Assembly (NCBI GenBank): GCA_964461135.1
Contig: CAYWTB010000002.1
Span: 3,585 to 67,584 of the forward strand
Direction of reading: 5' to 3'
From: an uncultured Caldithrix sp.
GTDB taxonomy: Bacteria; Calditrichota; Calditrichia; RBG-13-44-9
Length of the DNA: 64,000 nt
The first letter of the stretch is position 1. Every line of letters starts with the position of its first letter. Shown here piece by piece: positions 35,329-45,671 of the stretch. The notes below the pieces were generated by a model. It was not told where the DNA came from. It ran no database searches and was given only the letters and a program-made list of their open reading frames with translations. A program made the position numbers and the translations under genes.

Positions 35329-37890
35329 TTAAGAGCTGTTTTTCGCTAATTCAGCATCGAGTTTCGAACAGAATTTGAAATTCTCATGTCTCAGGTGATC
35401 AAAAAAATAATCATTATCTTCGGGCGTTAAAAAATTAAAAAAATATTTCAATTTGCCTTGTTGTTGATTCAATATTTCAAAGTGCTTTATAGCTGCTTTG
35501 TATTTTGCTTTGTTTTCATCAGATCTCTTTTTTATTTCTTCATCTTCTTTAATCTCAACTACCAAAACATTTTCTTCAATTTTAATAAAAAAATCCGGAT
35601 TGAATTTTCCTCGTTGAGGATGTTCGCCTTTCTTCCATGAATATTCAATTGGATAAAAATCCTGATCGGTTGATTTAATCCAGGCATCAATACATTTTGC
35701 ATTGTCATGTGCAATTAACCTTCTGACAAATAGTCGCTCTGGTTTATGATCAGAAATCACCAAATTCAATGGAGTTTTGAAATTAAATATATTTTCGATC
35801 TTTTCCATTGCAGACACAGGTCTCGTCTCATCCTTTTCAAGATCTTTAATAAAAGTAATACTATCCTCATCACTGAATTTAAAAGTCAAATTATCAAAAA
35901 AAACCGTTGCATCACCGCGTTTAATCGCTGCATATCCAATACTATTTCTATTTCTATTTTTTGTATTGATTTCAATTAGTGCCTTTGGTGACATTCTATA
36001 ACGGACTGCTTTGGCTGCAGCACGATGAATAACACCAAAAGCTTGGTATATTTTCTGACGGTTTTCATCACTTACCTGATCACCTTTTTCTCCAATTCTG
36101 ACCAATGAATTCTTGATAAGTTTTTTCAACCAATTCAAATCATATTTCTCAGCGTAGTTAGTTGGATTCTCCGTGTCTGCTGTTTCCACATCAATTGATT
36201 TAAACCTATTATGTAATTGTTCAGCGATGTCATCAATTGAAAACATTTTGTATTTAATTAAAGTTTTTTTTCTACGGATTTCTCCTGTTGTTGCCCGCAC
36301 ATATTCCGTTTCCCTTTCCAGTTCAGAAGACTGTCGAATAAGTGTTATATATCCTTTTGTAAATTCATATTCTTTTTCTTGCTTGTATTCCTCGGTTTCA
36401 GTTAGTTTAGCGTAATCTATGTGGTGAATGGTAAAATGATAGTTTTGTTCTTTTTCAACAGGGTAAGAATAAGCGCGTTTTTCAATTTCCAAGACTTCAT
36501 CAACCAAATGCTTAATTCTACCCGACCAGCGGTCATGGTTAAATACAGTAACTACTGGTTTTTGACCTGAATAAACTTCGGGTATACGTAAGCCTCTTCC
36601 CAAAACCTGAGCAATAAGCAATTTGCTGTCAAATGCTCTTTCTTCGTGCGGAACAATCTGGAATACATTTTTAACGTCCCATCCTTCGGTTAGCATACTC
36701 ACGGAGGTGATCCACTCAATAGAACAATCTTTTCGGTCAACTTCTTTAAGTTTCAGAACATTTTCTTTGTGTTTGGGGGAAGATGTTACTTCCAAAACTT
36801 TTTTTGAAGCATCTTCTTCTGAAATATTTTCTGTTTCTTCCAGAAAATGAATAATATCCTCAGTCAATTTATTGCAAGCCCTAATATCTTTGGTTATTAA
36901 TATAGTTAGAGGTCGGATCAAACGATATTTAGTATTCTTATTCTCAGTATGGTTATCATAGATTTTTTGAAATTTTTCATCTTGCGTATTAGGTGAATCT
37001 TCTGAAACATAATCGATGATTTTAACAAAGCCTTCTTCAATGGCTTCCCGTAAAGAGTAACGACTAACCACATCTGTAAAATAGTTGTCATCTACATAAC
37101 AGGTTCCAGAAAGACCCACAATATGATTGAATCCAAAATCTTCATCAACCAAAAACTCTTTCCATTTTTTGAAAGATTTTCCTGTCTGATTAAAAACGTG
37201 GTGTGTTTCATCATTAATAATCAGAGTTCTATCGCCTTTGCCAGCTAAACTCTCACGAATCGATGATTTGACATGCTCATAGAGCGCATGGCAGTTTTCC
37301 ACACAAATCGTTCCTGTCGTGATACTCTCGGTAGCATTGATGATATGGGGATTCTTAATGACCGCATCTTCTGGTAAAAGATTTCTCAACGTATCATCAC
37401 CAGAACGCAGTTTGAACTTTTCCATCAACCCGTCTTCAATGGTTGTTGATGGACAAACCACTAAAACATAATCCACTGCACCCTCAGCCAGCAGAATACG
37501 GGCGATTCCATAAATAACATAACTCTTTCCTGTTCCAGTTGCCATGTCCAGAGAACAAGATAATTTATTTGGGAATTGTAGATGTTTCCTGAACTGTTCA
37601 AATGTGCCGTAAAAAGTTTGCAGCGTTTCATTATTATGATAATTTTCTTCGGCAAGGTCGGTAACGCTCTTGTAATTGCCACCTAAAAGATAAGAAAGTG
37701 TATTGCGAATCGCTATCTTCTGATATTCTCGTTCACCGCATAGGACGTTCAAAAAGCCCTCGTATTTGTTAATATCAAAAACAGCAGGATTGACGCTTTT
37801 GTTGACCTTTAAAACAAGATCCTGGTTGAGAAAGCGTTGATGATCCAGCATATTATTTGCCTCCCCGTTTAGCTTGGTTTGAATCGCCAA
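35329..37890 (-). CDS. res: Type III restriction enzyme, Res subunit (SF2 helicase + PD-(D/E)xK nuclease)
   Basis: Motif I is MATGTGKSYVIYG and motif II is IINDETHH. The helicase C-domain shows TEGWDVKNV...GRGLR. The C-terminal nuclease motif is NPDFFIK...LVVEIKED. It overlaps mod by 38 nt. Confidence 0.85.
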   Translation of the reverse strand: MAIQTKLNGEANNMLDHQRFLNQDLVLKVNKSVNPAVFDINKYEGFLNVLCGEREYQKIAIRNTLSYLLGGNYKSVTDLAEENYHNNETLQTFYGTFEQFRKHLQFPNKLSCSLDMATGTGKSYVIYGIARILLAEGAVDYVLVVCPSTTIEDGLMEKFKLRSGDDTLRNLLPEDAVIKNPHIINATESITTGTICVENCHALYEHVKSSIRESLAGKGDRTLIINDETHHVFNQTGKSFKKWKEFLVDEDFGFNHIVGLSGTCYVDDNYFTDVVSRYSLREAIEEGFVKIIDYVSEDSPNTQDEKFQKIYDNHTENKNTKYRLIRPLTILITKDIRACNKLTEDIIHFLEETENISEEDASKKVLEVTSSPKHKENVLKLKEVDRKDCSIEWITSVSMLTEGWDVKNVFQIVPHEERAFDSKLLIAQVLGRGLRIPEVYSGQKPVVTVFNHDRWSGRIKHLVDEVLEIEKRAYSYPVEKEQNYHFTIHHIDYAKLTETEEYKQEKEYEFTKGYITLIRQSSELERETEYVRATTGEIRRKKTLIKYKMFSIDDIAEQLHNRFKSIDVETADTENPTNYAEKYDLNWLKKLIKNSLVRIGEKGDQVSDENRQKIYQAFGVIHRAAAKAVRYRMSPKALIEINTKNRNRNSIGYAAIKRGDATVFFDNLTFKFSDEDSITFIKDLEKDETRPVSAMEKIENIFNFKTPLNLVISDHKPERLFVRRLIAHDNAKCIDAWIKSTDQDFYPIEYSWKKGEHPQRGKFNPDFFIKIEENVLVVEIKEDEEIKKRSDENKAKYKAAIKHFEILNQQQGKLKYFFNFLTPEDNDYFFDHLRHENFKFCSKLDAELAKNSS

Positions 37891-39901
37891 AATCCTGTAG
37901 CGTCTTTATTTCCCGATATTCATTCCCGTATATATCAAGATATATTACCATGATCTGTTTTTTAATTTCTTCCAAAGGCAAAAATACCTTCCAACCATTT
38001 TTCTTAATCTCGCTGGCGTAAAAGGATTTATCAAGATTAAATATTTCACCATCATAATCGAAATCCACCATGATCATGGAAAGCGACTTTCGATTTTCTA
38101 ATTGGCTTGCGCCTTTTAGCATGGCTTCACTTTTGAATGTTTTGATTTTAATAACAGCATACTCAAGCAATTGATCTTTTGGCTTTTCAATGGCATAGGC
38201 GCACTCCACTCTGGGCTGGCGGATAAAATCAAAGCCGACTGCATCCACCGTATCATTGATTTGACTTTCATCAATAGGTTGTTTGATAGCTTCGAAATCC
38301 TTGCTATGCAGTTCGTTGATAATTGAGTAGGGAATACGAAGAAGATAATAGCTGCCAGAACCTTTATCAATATAATCTTCAAGAAAGGTAACACTTGCAG
38401 CTGGGGCGATAACAAAAAATTGACTACCGATTTTGGAACCGATCATAGAATGAAGGTCGTCGATAAAGCCATAATCCAACACTACACCTCCATCTTTTTG
38501 ATAATCAAAAACCAGAACGTCTGAACGGCCTTTATAGCCATCCAGTTCAATGCCTGATACTGTATGTTTATCATCCCTACAATTGAACAGAAGTAGAGCA
38601 AATTTACGCCATTCTGCCCAAGGCAATTGTTTGAGTTTGGAAAAGTCATACAATCCAGCATGATAAAGGGTAAACGGTTTTGGTTTAAGTTTTTTACCCT
38701 TATTACCAATCTCGCTTTTCAGATTGAGCATACGTTTCTGCATCGTATAAATAGCAAGTTTGCCACAGTCGATACCAATCCAGCTACGACCTAATTTTTC
38801 GGCAACACTTAAAGTAGTACCTGAGCCAGCAAAACAGTCTAATACCAAATCTAATTCCTCTGAACTTGAGAGAATAACTCTCTCAAGTAATTTTTCTGGT
38901 TTTTGTGTTGGATAATCAAACTTTTCTAACGCTCCGCCTTGTATTGGTGGTATGTCAAACCATAAATCTTGAAGTGGAACACCTTTTGATTCGTCCAAGT
39001 ATCGTTTTTTTTGTGGAACAGATCCTGGTTTTGTCTGAACTATGTATCCCTGTTTCAACAGTGATTCCATTTTTTCTTTTGAATGAACCCAATATCTCGA
39101 GATTCCCATGAATTCATAATATGGATTACCTTTGTTAGCACCTCCAGGGCCTAATAATGAAACAAGTCGGTATCGACGTCCATCAGGATCTTCATATTTA
39201 TAGAAATCATCAAGATACTTTTTTGAGTAAGGAGTATAAACAGTATTTATCAAAGTGGCAGACGACTTTTTATAAAAAAGGATGACATCATGAAGTCGGC
39301 CAAAATGCATTGCTCCTTGACCAAGATCGCCATGTGAAAATGTTCTTTTCCATATTATTTCATTTACAAAGTTATGCTCTCCCATCAATTCATCGACAAT
39401 AGTCTTGATATAATGCATCTTCTTCATATCAAGATGAATATATATACTTCCGTCATCAGCAAGTAATTCTCTCAAAAAAATTAATCGTTTCCTTAAGAAT
39501 TCAATGAAATGGGCACCAACAATTTTATCTTGATAAGCCTTTTGATCCTGGCTTCCCCGAAATTCCTGTTTCGTAGCAAATGGCGGATCGATATAGATCA
39601 ATTTCACCCGTCCTTTCACTTCAGGGTCATCCAGCAGCGATTTCATCACCTGCAAGTTATCACCGAAAATCATTTTATTCATCCAACCGTTACCATTTGT
39701 TCCAAAGGTTTTAATAGGTTGTAGGGGCACGGCCATTGTGTCTGCTAAAATATCTTCTTCTCGTTCTTTCCCTGCATATACCAATTCATACTCTTTCTTC
39801 TCGGGAGGAAAAAGAATATTCTTATAGTCTAAAGGCAATTCCTCACCTTTTTCCAATATTTCAATTATTCGTTTTTTTTCTTGAATATTCAATGTTGACA
39901 A
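37853..39901 (-). CDS. mod: Type III R-M DNA methyltransferase, Mod subunit (N6-adenine, beta-class order)
   Basis: Motif IV is LIYIDPPFAT and motif I is VLDCFAGSGTTLSVAE. Length is 682 aa. It lies directly upstream of res. Confidence 0.85.
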   Translation of the reverse strand: MSTLNIQEKKRIIEILEKGEELPLDYKNILFPPEKKEYELVYAGKEREEDILADTMAVPLQPIKTFGTNGNGWMNKMIFGDNLQVMKSLLDDPEVKGRVKLIYIDPPFATKQEFRGSQDQKAYQDKIVGAHFIEFLRKRLIFLRELLADDGSIYIHLDMKKMHYIKTIVDELMGEHNFVNEIIWKRTFSHGDLGQGAMHFGRLHDVILFYKKSSATLINTVYTPYSKKYLDDFYKYEDPDGRRYRLVSLLGPGGANKGNPYYEFMGISRYWVHSKEKMESLLKQGYIVQTKPGSVPQKKRYLDESKGVPLQDLWFDIPPIQGGALEKFDYPTQKPEKLLERVILSSSEELDLVLDCFAGSGTTLSVAEKLGRSWIGIDCGKLAIYTMQKRMLNLKSEIGNKGKKLKPKPFTLYHAGLYDFSKLKQLPWAEWRKFALLLFNCRDDKHTVSGIELDGYKGRSDVLVFDYQKDGGVVLDYGFIDDLHSMIGSKIGSQFFVIAPAASVTFLEDYIDKGSGSYYLLRIPYSIINELHSKDFEAIKQPIDESQINDTVDAVGFDFIRQPRVECAYAIEKPKDQLLEYAVIKIKTFKSEAMLKGASQLENRKSLSMIMVDFDYDGEIFNLDKSFYASEIKKNGWKVFLPLEEIKKQIMVIYLDIYGNEYREIKTLQDFGDSNQAKRGGK

Positions 39902-39912
39902 GAGGTACTCTC

Positions 39913-40674
39913 CTAAGATTTTAATTTTCGCTTATATTTTAAATATTTCCATTTATAATATAAATTCCAATGCGAATTGTTTATTGACTTTTCAGACATA
40001 AGTAAAATAATGAATGAAATTGTTATTATAACCATAATATCATACTGAATAGACTCACTCATTTCAAGAGTAGTTGCTTTCTTATCATACCAGTTTATAC
40101 TGTATAAAAAGTGTAGTAAAGGTAGAAAGGGCTTTGTATAAATAGGGTAAGAACGTAGTCCCTGAACTTGTTCTTCATATAATGCTTGAAGTGTATCAGG
40201 CAAATCCAAAATATTATCTAAAGGAAGCCGTATTCCTTCTGGTAAGGATCCTTCATTGGCCTGATATGCAAGCTGATTATATAAACGCTTCATTGCCAAA
40301 TCATTAACCATTGATCCATATTGCTGATGTATAAACAAACAAAATAAATATAATAAAGGGAGGATAAATACTAAAAAAAACCATTTCTTAGGTTTAATTT
40401 TGTCAATCTTTAGAAATAAAATCCATAAAATTGACAAATATAAAACTGTAGCAGACCAAGCAGCAATTTCTTTTTGTGCAATCCATGGTTTACCAAATGT
40501 AGTCTGATCAACCAACATTCTTATATATTCTTGGACCTTATCATCCTTTTTCCCATTAAAATTATTGCCTTTTGCTATAGAGTCATTGGCAAAAAATTCG
40601 TTTGATACCCCATTTTTTGGACAGGAAAAAGATAAACACAAAAAAACAAAAAAGAGAGAAATTACTCTGTTCAA
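39913..40674 (-). CDS. Membrane protein co-transcribed with mod-res
   Basis: 253 aa with a lipobox-like N-terminus (CLSFSC) and three further TM helices. It ends 11 nt before the mod start. Confidence 0.55.
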   Translation of the reverse strand: MNRVISLFFVFLCLSFSCPKNGVSNEFFANDSIAKGNNFNGKKDDKVQEYIRMLVDQTTFGKPWIAQKEIAAWSATVLYLSILWILFLKIDKIKPKKWFFLVFILPLLYLFCLFIHQQYGSMVNDLAMKRLYNQLAYQANEGSLPEGIRLPLDNILDLPDTLQALYEEQVQGLRSYPIYTKPFLPLLHFLYSINWYDKKATTLEMSESIQYDIMVIITISFIILLMSEKSINNSHWNLYYKWKYLKYKRKLKS

Positions 40675-40820
40675 ATTATACTTCGCCTTCTAAATAAGTT
40701 ATAGGATAGGGAGGAGTTTTTCACACATATTTCAGAGTATCTTTTCTGTTGATGATAGAAATTATATACTCTACATTTCCCAAGAATTCAAATAGTCATT
40801 AAAAGAATACATAATTTTTC

Positions 40821-40997
40821 TGAAATTGTCAAGAGAAAATACTTTATCTAATACAAAAGCCCTACCAACAATTCAGAGTAGCAGGGCTTTTAGAAAAAAG
40901 TAAATGCTAACCGATGAGATCATCATTGATAACACACCTGAATATGAGAAAAACCTTCAAGAGCCGCGGGGAGCCTTTCAGATCGGTTGCAAATTGT
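40821..40997. repeat. About 175-nt intergenic repeat, copy A
   Basis: Aligns along its length with 44586-44758 (tgaaattgtcaaga.aaatactttatctaa.acaaaagccct...gtaaatgc...atcattgataaca...cagagccgc...tcgg.tgcaa.tg). It contains a terminator hairpin, TTGACA (minus) and a GTTAGCA core. Confidence 0.75.
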
Positions 40998-41024
40998 AGT
41001 GAGGGACTGTTTTTTCATCCCTCA

Positions 41025-41579
41025 CTAATAATGGTGTAAATGAAGTTCGTTTATTGTGATTTCTGAAATGGTTTTTATAATAAAAACCATTTCGTCAGCA
41101 ATTCGATTCAACTCATCAACCGTCTTTTTCTCAAGAGTATGCTTGAGGCCGTTCTTTCGTTTGGCGGTTACTTTGTATCTAATTAAAGACTGTGGATCAG
41201 TCATGTTTACGGCCCAAATTGAGTGTATTATTTGATTCCTCTTTCTTTCAAACCCTTCTGCTTTCTTCAATAGTTCAGTAAGTTTATTAATATCTTTTTT
41301 GTCTGTTTTTCTTAAACGGTAAAGGGAACTGAGCAATGCCAGCAGATTACGAAATGATAATTCTGATGTTATAATTTCTCCAACTTGTTGCCCCGCACCA
41401 ATTAATGTCCAAACCAGGACTGAAGCATAAGTTTCAAGTACATTGAAATATTGTGAAATTCGACCAATTGCCAGAAATAACTGATCCTCACGCGACATTT
41501 CTTGTTCTTGCATGTGCCTGATTATGCTCTTCTTTTTTAATACAAGTAATTGGAATGAAGCCACTAATTTACACGGCAT
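41025..41579 (-). CDS. HEPN-domain-like protein (Rx4H motif); probable start near 41513
   Basis: Predicted all-alpha protein with FERKRNQIIHSIWA, an R-x4-H motif in the position typical of HEPN ribonucleases. It sits in an AT-rich island. Confidence 0.45.
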   Translation of the reverse strand: MPCKLVASFQLLVLKKKSIIRHMQEQEMSREDQLFLAIGRISQYFNVLETYASVLVWTLIGAGQQVGEIITSELSFRNLLALLSSLYRLRKTDKKDINKLTELLKKAEGFERKRNQIIHSIWAVNMTDPQSLIRYKVTAKRKNGLKHTLEKKTVDELNRIADEMVFIIKTISEITINELHLHHY

Positions 41580-41661
41580 ATTTTATAGATTGAATAAATA
41601 CCCGTTTCTCAAATAAACACTTCGCGAACACTTTGTTACCGTCTCAGCGTAATTTCCGAAT

Positions 41662-42123
41662 CTAATCCACTATTTCACAAATTGAAGGATCTACATTCAA
41701 TCTTTTCCCAACACTATTGATTAGTTCCTGCCGAGTATGATACTCAATATTATCGACAAGCTCTTGATGGTCTTTGATTATATTCCCATTCTCATCTTCC
41801 GATATAACTGAGCCAACTCGTATTATGCCATCCATAGATTCTGGAACATTGTCGTCCAGAGTAATGCGGACATGTGCAATTTGCTTCATTATCTCCTTGA
41901 CAATTCTATCATGTCTTGATTGTGCTTCTCTTAATTTCTTTTTTACTTCTTTTCTTAATTTTTCTACTTGCTTAATGAGTTCATTGGCTTGAAAATCAAT
42001 TTCACTCTCAGTCATGCACTCTGATGTCATATTAAGTTGTATTAAACGAAATTTTACATATGGTCTGAAAAGCCTATCTGATGTTTTTGGTTCTGTTAAA
42101 TCAATTTCAAATTTGCATTGCAT
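41662..42123 (-). CDS. Hypothetical protein (coiled-coil segment)
   Basis: 153-aa ORF with AAAGGAGGAG upstream. Confidence 0.5.
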   Translation of the reverse strand: MQCKFEIDLTEPKTSDRLFRPYVKFRLIQLNMTSECMTESEIDFQANELIKQVEKLRKEVKKKLREAQSRHDRIVKEIMKQIAHVRITLDDNVPESMDGIIRVGSVISEDENGNIIKDHQELVDNIEYHTRQELINSVGKRLNVDPSICEIVD

Positions 42124-42249
42124 ATTTTTTTTCTCCTCCTTTTAATATTTATGATGGCTAATGCTTGAGTATAAGTTGCCCGAAACGATGCCTGACATGA
42201 AACAAAGGACAGGTCCACCATCTGAGTGTCGGATCAGATTAATACTTTG

Positions 42250-43833
42250 TTAAGATGGTTTAAGACCATACCATTTAGATTTCCATTTACCAAAAGAGAT
42301 ATTTACAGGTTTAACCCAAAAATCTATATCTCTTTTTGGCAAATATTCTTTATTTCTTAACCAATGTATTACTTTATTTAATGATCCATATTCTTTTATT
42401 TTGTTTAATATTGGCCACACTTTAACAATAGGTACTTCATCATCTTGAACATCAAATTCACCTATCCAGTTTCGCGAAGCCACAATAGATAAATATGAAT
42501 AATTGGCATCTATTTTTAAAACATCATTCAGCATATGAGCATTTTTTAATTTAAACAATTCATTTAGTCTTTTTGCTTGGAAAACACCTTTTTCTAATTC
42601 TTCTGATCTTGCGATTACTTCCCTAATCTCAGCTGGCTCGATAAACCATTTGAGTTCCATTATTAAACACACTTTTTCTGTTCTATCTATTATTGCACAA
42701 TCAATATTGGTATTCTCGACACTACCGGATTTAACATCATAATTCATATCTTTTAAAAAATCTTTTATTTCTTTTCTCAATAAAGTTTCTTTTTCATTCA
42801 CAAGTTTTGCATATATAGCTTTTTCTTGAGGAATTTGATTTAATAAGGTACACAGGTTTCTTTCTGCATTTGTGTTAGTCCATACAAAGGGGGAAAGCGC
42901 AAAATAACCGTTATTTAGATCAACAAGTGGTTGTAAGGCAATATCCGGTTCACGTATTTCCATACCACCATACGTTAAATATTCGAGTATTTTCAAAATT
43001 GTTATTTCATTTAAATTTGTATACCTTTTTAATCTGTTGGATAACTCTTCCATTGAGACTACCCAAACAGATGAACAATAACCGAATTCTTCAATATCTT
43101 GATAAAATAATTTTCTACCCACAAACCATCCGTACAACATTGATTGAATAGTAGTATATAAAATTTTAAAGTCACCAATTGTAAAATATGTGAATTCCCA
43201 ATTTCCAGGGAGATTGTATCGATCCTCATTAATCTTTGAGAAATAAGAATACAATTGATTTACAATTTTTGGATTAAAATTAATATAGTATATATTTCTT
43301 TTTATTTTGGTATTAGCAGCTATTAGTTCAAATATATCTTTATTACTTACATGTAGCAATTCTTCTTTGGCATCTTTTCGAAATAACCTATTGTAAGCTT
43401 CATATTCTAATTCAAGTCTTGTCCAGTCTGAAGGTATAAGATTATAACCATCCAATTCAATTTCAATTTTATTTCTGTGCCATAAAGGAAATATTGAGCA
43501 AAAAAGACCATAATCATCTGCATCATCAAGCCATTGGATGGCTGATTTATAATCTTCATCTATCATTTTTTTTTCGAGTTTGTTTTTACTCCTGTCTGAT
43601 TCTTTATAACATACACGCAAAGGATAGTTTAAAGAATTCAAAGATTTATCAACATAAGCGTTAAGCTCATTTTCAGTTTTGAGTGGTCTTCTTGTAGTTA
43701 TCTTTAAATAATGTTCCTCAGCAATATTAAGTAAAGTCCAAATAGCTTGTGTATAACCAATAGACTTAAGTCTATTTCCTGCAAAAATTAAATCGATTTC
43801 TTTCTCTGCTAAGTAAATAGCATTTTTTAACAT
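42250..43833 (-). CDS. 527-aa protein with C-terminal PD-(D/E)xK nuclease-like core
   Basis: NIDCAIIDRTEKVCLIMELKWFIEP gives D...E-x-K after a beta-strand-like stretch. The large N-terminal region carries no recognised motif. Confidence 0.5.
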   Translation of the reverse strand: MLKNAIYLAEKEIDLIFAGNRLKSIGYTQAIWTLLNIAEEHYLKITTRRPLKTENELNAYVDKSLNSLNYPLRVCYKESDRSKNKLEKKMIDEDYKSAIQWLDDADDYGLFCSIFPLWHRNKIEIELDGYNLIPSDWTRLELEYEAYNRLFRKDAKEELLHVSNKDIFELIAANTKIKRNIYYINFNPKIVNQLYSYFSKINEDRYNLPGNWEFTYFTIGDFKILYTTIQSMLYGWFVGRKLFYQDIEEFGYCSSVWVVSMEELSNRLKRYTNLNEITILKILEYLTYGGMEIREPDIALQPLVDLNNGYFALSPFVWTNTNAERNLCTLLNQIPQEKAIYAKLVNEKETLLRKEIKDFLKDMNYDVKSGSVENTNIDCAIIDRTEKVCLIMELKWFIEPAEIREVIARSEELEKGVFQAKRLNELFKLKNAHMLNDVLKIDANYSYLSIVASRNWIGEFDVQDDEVPIVKVWPILNKIKEYGSLNKVIHWLRNKEYLPKRDIDFWVKPVNISFGKWKSKWYGLKPS

Positions 43834-43965
43834 AACCTTACTTTTGAGAATTAAACCAGCTTAAGGGTTAGGTATAACTGGTTCAAACGTTTTGAGAAAC
43901 CTCCGGGGGCGAATTCATCGTCCTACGTGAGGATTACATTGATACCTTTAAGATCAAAATTAACC

Positions 43966-44409
43966 TTAGGGAAATATTAATATTTTTGCAATTAATATAA
44001 ATCCGATTAAAAATAATAGTGATTGAAAAGATGAACATTTATTTAACCACACAACCGATGGATGATTATAAATTTCCTTTCTGAGTTGATTATATATTAA
44101 AGATTGATTTTCAGGAATACTTTTTTCTATATCATGAATAGCTTTTTTAACTTTCCGATTTTGGCTTTTAATAAATTTAACATAAAAATATTGGACACCA
44201 ACGCCTGTTAAAATTGATAACCATAAGACAAGGTATATATAGAAAAATAAATTACTTTCAGGTAAGTTTTTGTTTTGACTTAATAATAATGTTAAAATAC
44301 CTGAAGATAAACCCAATAATAATTGTGATTGCTTTTTAAATTCATTATTAAATTCTTTTTGAATATTACTTGATAGATCATATAAAAAATCAATACTTGC
44401 TTTTGGCAT
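43966..44409 (-). CDS. Small membrane protein (three predicted TM helices)
   Basis: 147 aa. TM candidates are LLLGLSSGILTLLL, FFYIYLVLWLSILTGVGV and LLFLIGFILIAKILIF. AAAGGAGAA lies upstream. Confidence 0.5.
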   Translation of the reverse strand: MPKASIDFLYDLSSNIQKEFNNEFKKQSQLLLGLSSGILTLLLSQNKNLPESNLFFYIYLVLWLSILTGVGVQYFYVKFIKSQNRKVKKAIHDIEKSIPENQSLIYNQLRKEIYNHPSVVWLNKCSSFQSLLFLIGFILIAKILIFP

Positions 44410-44585
44410 TGTTTCTCCTTTGAGTAAATTTTGCTAACGGCTGAAGCTTAAATTACTGACTATTAGTTTCTATCTTATCCACAGCTCTGCATCATCACTT
44501 GCAGGATGTAACTTAGGCCATTGGCGAGAAGCCATGAATAGAACATACGGAAATCAATAGTTGAATATAGAATATTCATTTGTAA

Positions 44586-44758
44586 TGAAATTGTCAAGAA
44601 GAAATACTTTATCTAAAACAAAAGCCCTATCACCATCCATATTGGTAGGTGTTTTATGGAAAAGTAAATGCGAATTGATTAAATTATCATTGATAACAGA
44701 CTTGAGTATGAGCTAAGCCAATCAGAGCCGCTAAGTTCTCAGGTCGGCTGCAAGTGCT
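44586..44758. repeat. About 175-nt intergenic repeat, copy B
   Basis: See copy A (40821-40997). Same orientation. Confidence 0.75.
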
Positions 44759-44924
44759 ACGTTGAAGACCTTGAAGTGATCTTTCATTTAAATTAGCTCA
44801 AATTTCGCCTTCCATATTATAAAATCCTCTGAAATGTAAAACTCATACAGCCCACAATAGGCTTAATTCAACCATGCGTTGCACACCGACCCCATCCCGG
44901 GTTCAGGTGCTAACGTTTAATACG

Positions 44925-45410
44925 TTAGCCAAATTCTTTGACGTAATTCTTATCCTCGTCAATCCTGTAATATAAAATTGACAATTGAACCGAGGATGTT
45001 ACTGGTTTTTTATCTAAGAAAGCAGGATTAAATTTTAGGTTTTCAAGTTCTTTAATAACAAAATTTGAAAGCCACGTTATTCCACTAACAGGTTTTATAT
45101 TTTTAGCCCGTCCATCAATATCAATATTAAAGTTAATAATTATCGCGCCATAAAGTCCAGCCTTTCTTGCGAGGTCAGGATGCTTGAGCATCTTTGCCAA
45201 GGAATCAAGCCCATTTGGAAAACTGGGATTCCTTGTTATTGCACTGTCATTCAGCACCATAAAACCTGTGATTTTAGTGACAATGGAATCGGGATGTGCA
45301 ATATTTAAATCAAGATCACCATCAAGATGCGGATGTTCATAAGAGTAACAACCTGCAATAATTAAAGACAGCAATATAATATAGCAACAAAACACAACAA
45401 AAAATCTCAT
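44925..45410 (-). CDS. TonB C-terminal-domain-like secreted protein
   Basis: Signal/lipobox-like N-terminus (IIAGC). The C-terminal ARKAGLYGAIIINFNIDIDGRAKNIKPV...LENLKFNPA resembles the TonB_C fold pattern. Confidence 0.45.
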   Translation of the reverse strand: MRFFVVFCCYIILLSLIIAGCYSYEHPHLDGDLDLNIAHPDSIVTKITGFMVLNDSAITRNPSFPNGLDSLAKMLKHPDLARKAGLYGAIIINFNIDIDGRAKNIKPVSGITWLSNFVIKELENLKFNPAFLDKKPVTSSVQLSILYYRIDEDKNYVKEFG

Positions 45411-45429
45411 TTATCTGTTCCTAATTACA

Positions 45430-45502
45430 GGCTAACGTCAAGGGTAGGGCACAAAGCGGCGAAGCCCATTTGTCGCGTTGACCCGTTTGTTGGACGTTAA
45501 AA
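45430..45502 (-). repeat. attC-like imperfect palindrome (73 nt) ending in GTTAGCC
   Basis: Sense (minus) reads TTTTAAC-GTCCAACAAACGGGTCAACGCGACAAATGGGCTTCGCCGCTTTGTGCCCTACCCTTGAC-GTTAGCC. Pairings seen are AACGTC/GACGTT, GGGT/ACCC, ACAAA/TTTGT and GGC/GCC. The core lies 19 nt before ATG 45410. Confidence 0.45.
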
Positions 45503-45671
45503 ACAACTTGGTTTAGATAAATAATTGGAAATAGAAATACAATATTTTGACCACTTTTATTTTCTAACATGATACCTCAAAATGGCAAGCATTTAAATCT
45601 CTCTCTTTAATTGAAGTTGTGGAAATTGCTTTGGTTCTAACTTGAGGATTCGTTGGATGAGAATCCAATAC

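Noticed and set aside
37461-38709. Nested same-strand ORFs within res and mod (37461..37682, 38116..38415, 38482..38709), and similar ones in the kinase, regulator, beta-helix and methylase-helicase genes
   Set aside because: They are alternative frames of long genes with confident motifs. There is no independent support for them.
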